Shown here piece after piece: positions 25,498-32,000 of a DNA stretch of 32,000 nucleotides (the stretch's first letter is position 1; every line of letters starts with the position of its first letter). This stretch comes from Candidatus Odinarchaeota archaeon (GTDB taxonomy: Archaea; Asgardarchaeota; Odinarchaeia; Odinarchaeales; Odinarchaeaceae). The notes beneath the pieces are model-generated. The model did no database searches. It saw only the letters and a list, made by a program, of their open reading frames with translations, and was not told the origin of the DNA. A program made the translations under genes and the position numbers. The stretch spans positions 1 to 32,000 of the forward strand of contig JAWBON010000006.1 of NCBI GenBank assembly GCA_038826135.1. Direction: 5' to 3'.

Positions 25498-26586
25498 TTA
25501 GAAATAAGTCAGCTTCAACTGCCCTGTTTTCTCATCACTAGATAAATTAGAAACTCGCACCCCCGCCCGTCTAATACTGTAAGAATTATCATTAAGAAAA
25601 TTATTAATCAACTTTAAAATATCGTTTTTCAAAGGCTTCAAAGATTTAAACCTACGCTCGAACGTCATAGATCTTGAATGAATTTTAAGATCAACAGTTA
25701 TAAAAGTAACTGTTAACGTTTTAAAACTTAAGCCTTCAACCGCAAGATCTTTATCTATATCTTCTATTAAAGTCTCCAGCTCGCTTAAAATATACGCAGG
25801 GTTACGGCTATCCTCTCGCAGAGTTTTAATCCTACCATGCTGGGCTGCTGGTCCACGGGGTTTAACAGGCTCCTCGTCAATCCCTCTAACCGCATTATAA
25901 ATGTATAAGCCGGTTTTACGCCCGAAAACACTCATTAACCGCTCTACAGGAACGGTTAAAATCTCGCTGACGGTTTTATAACCCATCTCCTCAAGCATGC
26001 GAGTGGCTTTTACACCGATACCAGGAATCTTAGAAAGCTTTAAAGTTTTAAGAAATTCTTCGCTTTCACCCGGTTTAATCACCGTCACACCGTTAGGTTT
26101 ACGGAATCCGGCAGCGATCTTCGCTAAAAGCTTATTATAGCTAACACCGATAGAGCAGGTGAGCCCGGTTCTCAAATAAACATCAGACTGTAAGTTAATC
26201 GCATGACCGTAGCTTTTATCGAAAAAACCATTCAACATACTTGTAGCGTCAAGATACGCTTCGTCAATACTAGCCTGCTCGAAAACATCCCCATATTTTT
26301 TAACAATATTCATCACTTCATCTGAAACACTCTCATAATACTCTTTTCGAACAGGTAGGAAAACAGCGTTCAACCCTGTTAAACGCTTCTCAGCTATTCT
26401 AATAGGTAAACCCGCCTTAACATTATATCGCCGGGCAGTATAATTCGCCGCCGCTACAACACCGCTACCCCCACCCCGATCAGAGTAAACACATACAACC
26501 ACAGGTTTACCCTTCAAATTAGGGTCCTCCCTCTCCTCAACCTGTGCGAAAAAATAATCCAAGTCTACGTGTAAAATAATGCGCAT
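25498..26586 (-). CDS. dinB: Y-family DNA polymerase IV (Dpo4/Dbh type)
   Basis: 362 aa; HVDLDYFFAQVE, AANYTAR, SIDEAYLD, KLLAKIA...KPNG, IPGIG, little-finger RRAGVRVS, C-terminal PIP-like QLKLTYF. Confidence 0.97.
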   Translation of the reverse strand: MRIILHVDLDYFFAQVEEREDPNLKGKPVVVCVYSDRGGGSGVVAAANYTARRYNVKAGLPIRIAEKRLTGLNAVFLPVRKEYYESVSDEVMNIVKKYGDVFEQASIDEAYLDATSMLNGFFDKSYGHAINLQSDVYLRTGLTCSIGVSYNKLLAKIAAGFRKPNGVTVIKPGESEEFLKTLKLSKIPGIGVKATRMLEEMGYKTVSEILTVPVERLMSVFGRKTGLYIYNAVRGIDEEPVKPRGPAAQHGRIKTLREDSRNPAYILSELETLIEDIDKDLAVEGLSFKTLTVTFITVDLKIHSRSMTFERRFKSLKPLKNDILKLINNFLNDNSYSIRRAGVRVSNLSSDEKTGQLKLTYF

Positions 26587-26696
26587 ACCCGGTTAGACTC
26601 CTAAATATTGAAAAATACAGTTCAACGAACACAATCTAATAAGTTTTTAAATTTAATAAACATTAATATATCTATTAAATATTAGGGGGAGAGTTT

Positions 26697-27233
26697 TTGA
26701 AACGGGAAAGAGAATTAGCCTGCGAATATTTAGACTTCCTGTACGAATTTTTAAAAACCGGTTACAGTTCGCCTGAAGACTTTAAGCCTAAAAGCATCCA
26801 AGAGAAAATTAGTTTAATAAATGTCATGTTGAAAAGATTTGCGAGAGAGGATGAAATCATAAAAAAACAGTTAGAACTATACCTGGAGATAGAGGGTTTA
26901 AGGAAACAAGTTTTAAAAGAGCTTGCCGAATACATGGATAGTATTCAAGCAGCCTGCCTGGGAAGAGCAGATGAGAAAATAACCAGGTACCTTCTAGAAT
27001 CGTCTGAAAACCATATATTGAATGCTCTAGAAGCCTGTAAACGAATAGAATCCAAAATCGGAGAAGCAAAAAATCAGACTGGAGCGGAGGCCTCCCAGCT
27101 AATACTCAACTGGATAAAAGATAATCATAAATTAATGCTGGAACGCCTTCAACGCGCGGTTCAAATACTTAAGGCCGCCGGTGAAGAATTAGAGAAAATT
27201 AAACAATATAATAAAACAAACTCTGAACAGTAA
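26697..27233 (+). CDS. Hypothetical all-alpha helical protein
   Basis: 178 aa; TTG start after GGGGGAGAG; amphipathic helices throughout; no family recognised. Confidence 0.75.
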   Translation: MKRERELACEYLDFLYEFLKTGYSSPEDFKPKSIQEKISLINVMLKRFAREDEIIKKQLELYLEIEGLRKQVLKELAEYMDSIQAACLGRADEKITRYLLESSENHILNALEACKRIESKIGEAKNQTGAEASQLILNWIKDNHKLMLERLQRAVQILKAAGEELEKIKQYNKTNSEQ

Positions 27234-27315
27234 ATAATTCGCTGTTTAAATATTTCATAAAACTAGAGTTAAAGAAGTAATTAATTAAATCCATATTAAT
27301 AGTAGAAGGTAAAGA

Positions 27316-28335
27316 TTAGTTAACGTTTGAAGCAACTCTTCTCCTAATATATTCACGTATAAACGGTTTAAATAACGTTAACGAGAATCTTCGAAAACTT
27401 CTTCTAACAGGGTTAACTGTTTTTCCAACAGTTTTATAATAGTCTTCTAAACAGGTTCTCTGATGACCTAGAATTTTCTGCAGCCACTCCGACTCCTCTT
27501 CATTAAAATAGCCGCCATGCGATATACTAGTTTCAAAAGCCTCAGCCGGTAAAAGATTATTAGAGTAACCTAGAATCGGCAGGAGTCTGCCTAAAAATTC
27601 TTTGAACATTACTCTACACTTTGCCCCTCCGCCGAGATTATATTTGCCGTTCACAAGCTCCGGGTGGTTTAAAGCTTCAACTAAGGCGTGAGCACAGTCC
27701 TCCGCGCTAATCCATTCTAAATAGGTGTCTAACGGCATAGTTAAAGCTGTTTGAAAAGTTTTAAAATCAATGTCAAAGCTTTTGATGAAGACAGCTCCAA
27801 GCCGGAATATAGTCCAATCCAGGTTTGAAGATTCAATAATTTTTTCACACTGTATTTTCGTCTTAGTATAAGTGTCAGGTGGATTAGAGGTTAAAGGATC
27901 AGTACTCTTTATCCAAGGGCTACGCCGCCTATCCCCGTATACTGCTACTGATGAGGTGAAAATCAATCGATTTACACCCGTCTCTTTCATCGCGTTAATT
28001 ATATTTTCGGTGCCGTTTATGTTTACTTTTTCCGCCAGCGTCGGGTTTTCTTCAGATAAAGGCGGGATTACGGCAGCTAAATGGATCACAGCATCCATGT
28101 CTTTAACAGCGTTTTTAACAGTCGGGTAATCTGTTATATCACCCCAGTGAACTTCAATCTTATCACTATATTGTTTAATTAATTTATTAAATCGCTCAAG
28201 TTTTCTTTGATATGTTCTCTGCGGTGGAAGCGGTTTCTCGAGAACTCGGATATTATAATTTTTGTTGATTAATTCTATTAGTGTAGGGGTTCCTACGGTC
28301 CCGGCTGCTCCTGTTAAAAGAATGTTTTTAAACAT
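27316..28335 (-). CDS. Extended SDR, NAD-dependent epimerase/dehydratase (3-beta-HSD-like)
   Basis: 339 aa; LLTGAAGTVG, GDITD, VIHLAA, NINGT, FTSSVAVYG, YTKTK (YxxxK). Confidence 0.92.
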   Translation of the reverse strand: MFKNILLTGAAGTVGTPTLIELINKNYNIRVLEKPLPPQRTYQRKLERFNKLIKQYSDKIEVHWGDITDYPTVKNAVKDMDAVIHLAAVIPPLSEENPTLAEKVNINGTENIINAMKETGVNRLIFTSSVAVYGDRRRSPWIKSTDPLTSNPPDTYTKTKIQCEKIIESSNLDWTIFRLGAVFIKSFDIDFKTFQTALTMPLDTYLEWISAEDCAHALVEALNHPELVNGKYNLGGGAKCRVMFKEFLGRLLPILGYSNNLLPAEAFETSISHGGYFNEEESEWLQKILGHQRTCLEDYYKTVGKTVNPVRRSFRRFSLTLFKPFIREYIRRRVASNVN

Positions 28336-28349
28336 TATATCACCATAAT

Positions 28350-28381
28350 ATGTTTATTAAAAACATGTTTGTAAACAACAT
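28350..28381. promoter_or_regulatory. Tandem ATGT-N9-ACAT inverted repeats, candidate PadR operators
   Basis: ATGT-TTATTAAAA-ACAT (28350-28366) and ATGT-TTGTAAACA-ACAT (28365-28381) lie between the divergent SDR and padR genes, on or next to both TATA-like boxes. The B. subtilis PadR site is ATGT-N8-ACAT. Confidence 0.55.
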
Positions 28382-28437
28382 ATATAAATATTACCTTAAT
28401 ATAGTTAAACACGTAAAAACAAAATCAGGCGGGTTAA

Positions 28438-28965
28438 ATGAGTGATTTAAAAATAACAGATGAAGAACGGAGAAAAATCCTGAAAGAGTTTTTTGACAAG
28501 CCTAAAAAAATCCTGTTAAGACTGTACATATTAACAAAACTCTTAGATGGAGCGGAGCACGGTTACAGTATTAGGAAAACAATACTTGAAAACACGTTTA
28601 AAACATGGAAGCCGTCAAATTATTTAATATATAATGAGTTGAAAAGTTTAGAGCGCAGCCAACTAATAAATAGTATAATTCAAAAACGCGGGGAGCTTAA
28701 ACTTAAAAAATATGTTTTAACAAGTCAAGGCCGCCAAGAATTGTTCAAACTGGGTATAACAATAATCAGCATATTCGACACAGCCAGCTTAGGTTTAGAT
28801 CTAAAATTTCCATCCACTCGAGAACAGGTTAACAAATGGTTAAGTGATATAGATAAGTTTCCAGCGGATCGGAAAACAGAGCTATTGGTTAAAATGCAAA
28901 GGGCTGTTGAAATATTTCTGGAGGCTATAAAAACTAGATTACAAAAAAGATCTGAAACCGGTTAA
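28438..28965 (+). CDS. PadR family transcriptional regulator
   Basis: 175 aa; LYILTKL..GAEHGYSI, WKPSNYLIYNELKSLE, KKYVLTSQG wHTH plus a C-terminal helical domain. Confidence 0.9.
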   Translation: MSDLKITDEERRKILKEFFDKPKKILLRLYILTKLLDGAEHGYSIRKTILENTFKTWKPSNYLIYNELKSLERSQLINSIIQKRGELKLKKYVLTSQGRQELFKLGITIISIFDTASLGLDLKFPSTREQVNKWLSDIDKFPADRKTELLVKMQRAVEIFLEAIKTRLQKRSETG

Positions 28966-28992
28966 TGAGTTTTTTCAGGCGTGTGAGCGTTA

Positions 28993-29919
28993 ATGACTAA
29001 AGAAATCAGTGAACCAGCTTTAAGTAAAGATGCTGAAAAAGGGTTTCTTCTAATCTTATTCGCAGCCTTAGCGTGGGGTAGCTCCTTCCCGGTTATAAAA
29101 TGGGGTTTAGGCTTTATCAATCCTTTACTATTTTTAACTTTCAGGTTTCTCCTCGCATGCTTAGTAATGATACCTTTCGTAAATAATAGTGATGGTCAAA
29201 TAAATAGACTGTTTAAAAACAAGTTTGTAATCGGTTTAAGTGTTTTAAACTCAGCCGGCTACATATTAGAGTTCACAGGATTAATATTCACCACAGCGTC
29301 GAAAGCATCCCTGCTTGTGAATGTGAACGTGGTTTTAGTAGCGTTATTCTCCACTCTTCTGTTGAGAGAACGTTTAGGTAAACGTAAGTTAATCGCGTTA
29401 ATATTAGGGTTGGCAGGGGTTGCGATTATCACTCTAGACGGGGATTTATCTAATCTTTTCACAGGTAGTCTTATCGGAGATATCATGGTTGTCTCGGCTG
29501 GGGTTGTGTGGGCTTTATATATAGTTTACTCGAGGAAAATAGTTGTTTCGGGTAATCCTGGAATAGATGTGGGTAGTGTTAACTTAAGTTGGGCTATTAT
29601 AATATTAACCACGATTATATTTTCACCCGCTGCTGCTGTATATGTTTTATTCGAGCCTACTCAGCTTTTAGGCTTATTATCTTTTGAAGCGGTTTTCGCT
29701 ATAATATATTTAGGTGTGGTTTGCACAACTATCGCTTTCACACTTTATTTTAAAGGTTTAAAGTATGTCTCTGCATCCAGCACGGCTTTAATACTGTTAT
29801 CGGAGATTGTTTTCGCAATAGTATTATCAAGCATTTTACTAGTGGAGCCTGTCACTGTTTATATTATAATCGGAGGCTTATTGATCAGTTCAGCTATTAT
29901 TCTGTTAAGGAAAAGTTAA
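28993..29919 (+). CDS. EamA/DMT family transporter
   Basis: 308 aa, about 10 TM segments in two repeats; AWGSSFPVIK, FRFLLA, LLRERL, GDIMVV...WALYIV. Confidence 0.94.
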   Translation: MTKEISEPALSKDAEKGFLLILFAALAWGSSFPVIKWGLGFINPLLFLTFRFLLACLVMIPFVNNSDGQINRLFKNKFVIGLSVLNSAGYILEFTGLIFTTASKASLLVNVNVVLVALFSTLLLRERLGKRKLIALILGLAGVAIITLDGDLSNLFTGSLIGDIMVVSAGVVWALYIVYSRKIVVSGNPGIDVGSVNLSWAIIILTTIIFSPAAAVYVLFEPTQLLGLLSFEAVFAIIYLGVVCTTIAFTLYFKGLKYVSASSTALILLSEIVFAIVLSSILLVEPVTVYIIIGGLLISSAIILLRKS

Positions 29920-29959
29920 AGGTTGGTGATATTATTTTTTGGCTGTTCACACTCTTAAA

Positions 29960-29987
29960 GTATTACTTTCCATAAAATTTATATTAC
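29960..29987. promoter_or_regulatory. NikR-like operator overlapping the TATA box of the ECF operon
   Basis: GTATTA-N16-TATTAC has the same 6-16-6 geometry as the E. coli NikR site GTATGA-N16-TCATAC. AAAATTTATATT (TATA-like) lies within it, about 35 nt upstream of MHIPDG. Confidence 0.55.
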
Positions 29988-30018
29988 TATTCAAGTTTAC
30001 AGGTTAAGGGTGACATAT

Positions 30019-30693
30019 ATGCACATACCAGACGGCTTCCTAGACATAACATTAAGCATTATGATGTTCGTGTTAGCAGCCTTAATATGGGCTCCATCAT
30101 TCTATAAAACAAATAAAAACATAAATGAAAAAAACATACCGCTCATGGCGGTTCTGACAGCCGGAGTGTTCGCAGCTCAAATGTTAAACTTCCCCATTAT
30201 AGGCGGTACAAGCGGCCACCTTATCGGAGCGACGCTGATAGCTGTTTTTATGGGACCTTACCCCGCTGTGGTAAGCATGACCATCATTCTATTAATTCAA
30301 GGCTTAGTTTTCGGAGACGGCGGTTTAACCGCTTTCGGAGCTAACAGTTTCAACATGGCGATTATCGCCGTTTTCACAGGTTTCATCGCATACTCTCTTA
30401 TAAGAAAATATGTTAAAGGCCAGATAGGAATCATCACAGGAGTGTTCGCAGGCTCCTGGCTCTCCGTATTCATAGCAGCGCTAGCATGCGGGTTAGAAAT
30501 AGGCGCTTCAAGCATCTTCCCATACGGCGTTGAAATCACAGTTCCCGCGATGCTCTTCTGGCATGTAATAATCGCCTTCGGTGAAGCGATAATATCCACT
30601 GCAGTAGTAGGTGTTGTGCTTAAAACCAGTCCGGAGCTGATCCCAACCATTCAAGGCATGAATGTAATTGTGGAAACATCATTATCAACTTAA
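30019..30693 (+). CDS. nikM: Ni/Co ECF transporter substrate-binding component NikM/CbiM
   Basis: Metal-binding N-terminus MHIPDGFL (start at 30019, RBS GGTGA), FAAQMLNFP, GTSGH, GDGGLTAFGAN, H..IAFGEA. Confidence 0.92.
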   Translation: MHIPDGFLDITLSIMMFVLAALIWAPSFYKTNKNINEKNIPLMAVLTAGVFAAQMLNFPIIGGTSGHLIGATLIAVFMGPYPAVVSMTIILLIQGLVFGDGGLTAFGANSFNMAIIAVFTGFIAYSLIRKYVKGQIGIITGVFAGSWLSVFIAALACGLEIGASSIFPYGVEITVPAMLFWHVIIAFGEAIISTAVVGVVLKTSPELIPTIQGMNVIVETSLST

Positions 30694-30709
30694 AGTGGAG
30701 GCTGAAAAA

Positions 30710-31006
30710 ATGGGTTTAAATATAATATTTCCTCGTTGGGCTAAAATAACTCTGATCGGTATCATAATATTACTAGCGGTTTTCATACCTTTAGCATCGG
30801 TTTTCCCTGACGGTCTTGAAAGAGTGGCTGAAACCCTGGGTGTAAGTGAAGGGGAACCTTTATGGACTGCGCCGATCCCCGACTACTTCATAAACCTAGG
30901 CGGGGAATGGCTTGGAACACTCATCCCCGGATTAATCGGAATAACCCTCGTCACGGTGGTAACTGTAGGTGTCTCTCTAATATACTTGAAATACAAGAAG
31001 CGTTGA
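30710..31006 (+). CDS. nikN: PDGLE-domain ECF accessory component (NikN-like)
   Basis: Two TM segments flanking FPDGLE and APIPDY; start at ATG 30710 after GGAGG. Confidence 0.88.
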   Translation: MGLNIIFPRWAKITLIGIIILLAVFIPLASVFPDGLERVAETLGVSEGEPLWTAPIPDYFINLGGEWLGTLIPGLIGITLVTVVTVGVSLIYLKYKKR

Positions 31007-31026
31007 AAAATACGGGGCTGTTGTGA

Positions 31027-31866
31027 ATGCTCTTCTCTAAACTATATGAATTCGTTAAAGACGTGTTCGTGTTAGAGGAGAGCGCTCAGAAAAATTTTTT
31101 TCTTCAAAAACTAGATCCTAGAGTTAAACTAGCCGCCACAATTATAGGAGTGGTGTGTGTTATCTTAATCAGTAACATAATATTCTACGCTTTTTTTATT
31201 ATAACCGGTTTAATTTTAGCGGCAGCAAGCCGGGTTAACATTAAAGATTTCATATTGAGAAGTCTGGTTTTCATCGTCGTCTTCACGTTATTAATCAGTA
31301 TACCTTTACTGTTTATAACACCGGGGCGTGTAATAGCTTCAACCAGTATATTTGGTTTAACGTTAACCGTGACTGTTGAAGGCGTCTGCAACTCGTTAAC
31401 GCTGGTTCTAAGAGTTTGGGCAGCTTTATCATTATTAAACCTGTTAGTGATGACTACACGCTTTGACCAGGTTACAACCGCGCTTTCAACCCTGAAAGCA
31501 CCTAGATTATTTCTAATTTTATTCGATCTAACTTTGAAATATATTTTCGTAATCGCATATGAAGCATTAAGAATCAACAGAGCACAACAAGCTCGGCAAT
31601 TTCATAAACCTGGCTTGATTGAGAGGATAAAATCAGTAGCGCCTGTAACAGTTAACATATTTCTTCGAAGCCATATAAGAGCGGGTAACGTTTATAATGC
31701 GATGCTGGCGAGAGGGTTTAACGGAAAATATCATACGTTAAATGTTTTAAAGCTTAAGCGAGCAGACATAATCTATCTTGTACTATCCGCCGGGTTTTTC
31801 ATTACTTTAATTTTAATAGATAGGGGAATAATATTTCCGAACATCACCCTTTTATTAACAATATAA
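31027..31866 (+). CDS. nikQ: ECF transmembrane component NikQ/CbiQ
   Basis: 279 aa; LDPRVKL, LVMTT, LKYIFV, QQAR, VYNAMLARGF motifs. Confidence 0.92.
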   Translation: MLFSKLYEFVKDVFVLEESAQKNFFLQKLDPRVKLAATIIGVVCVILISNIIFYAFFIITGLILAAASRVNIKDFILRSLVFIVVFTLLISIPLLFITPGRVIASTSIFGLTLTVTVEGVCNSLTLVLRVWAALSLLNLLVMTTRFDQVTTALSTLKAPRLFLILFDLTLKYIFVIAYEALRINRAQQARQFHKPGLIERIKSVAPVTVNIFLRSHIRAGNVYNAMLARGFNGKYHTLNVLKLKRADIIYLVLSAGFFITLILIDRGIIFPNITLLLTI

Positions 31867-31889
31867 TCACTATTTCAAAGGTGAAACAT

Positions 31890-32000
31890 ATGAAGCCTAT
31901 ACTGGAAGCCCGCCAACTTTATTTCAAATATCCGAAAACAGATAAAGGATTATTCGACATTAATTTAACAATAAACCAGGGTGAATGTGTCGGAATAATA
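31890..32000 (+). CDS. nikO: ECF ATPase NikO/CbiO, 5' part (runs off the window)
   Basis: ATG at 31890 after AAGGTGA; MKPILEARQLYFKYPKTDKGLFDINLTINQGECVGII leads toward the Walker A motif; follows the Q component. Confidence 0.85.
   Translation, partial: MKPILEARQLYFKYPKTDKGLFDINLTINQGECVGII

Noticed and set aside
25498-26586. Functional link between dinB and the CRISPR-Cas locus
   Set aside because: They are 17 kb apart with unrelated genes in between; dinB is an ordinary housekeeping-type Y-family polymerase.
1180-31577. Remaining short shadow ORFs in the track (e.g. 1180-1362, 9809-10129, 10166-10363, 10373-10600, 12305-12487, 13700-13957, 15623-15913, 17069-17359, 19235-19546, 19543-19725, 22592-22843, 22966-23157, 23416-23619, 23995-24216, 24325-24531, 25189-25401, 26857-27069, 27872-28129, 29259-29486, 30297-30650, 31185-31577)
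   Set aside because: All lie antisense to and largely or wholly within motif-supported genes, and show no recognisable motifs.
1-32000. CRISPR array, tRNA/rRNA genes, transposases, integrases or prophage genes
   Set aside because: No periodic 25-40 nt repeats, tRNA T-loop/cloverleaf patterns or recombinase motifs were found by eye in any intergenic region or ORF.

Overview
AT-rich archaeal chromosomal segment. The archaeal call rests on GGTGA/GAGG ribosome-binding sites, BRE-TATA promoters, a UPF0282 hydrolase and a Dpo4/Dbh-type polymerase. An Asgard-like host (possibly Odinarchaeia) is inferred from a stand-alone Roadblock gene and several coiled-coil/winged-helix proteins, but this is not proven. 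Positions 90-8634 (minus strand) hold a complete type I-B cas operon (cas6-cas8b-cas7-cas5-cas3-cas4-cas1-cas2) with a probable hidden internal cas11 start in cas8b. No CRISPR array lies in the window; it may begin just past the left edge. Positions 8.7-16.2 kb are mostly uncharacterised: a glycosylated surface protein, a Roadblock protein, three paralogous long coiled-coil + C-terminal winged-helix proteins, several orphans (one 51-aa ORF missing from the ORF track), a membrane protein with an NLP/Vps62-like motif, an MFS transporter and a 6-Cys desulforedoxin variant. Positions 16.3-32 kb carry thyX, a GDT1 transporter, a UPF0282 hydrolase, a module of stand-alone HdrA-N-like domain, two ferredoxins and ArsR, a short bacterioferritin, a CoA-binding protein, an APC permease, an M1 aminopeptidase, dinB, a divergent SDR/PadR pair with EamA, and a NikMNQO-type ECF transporter with a NikR-like operator. 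The best candidates for a new system are the coil-wH trio with Roadblock and the HdrA-N/ferredoxin module. A strong strand-bound G+T versus A+C skew overrides codon choice and appears to flip polarity near 23-25 kb. All counts were made by eye; no database searches were run.
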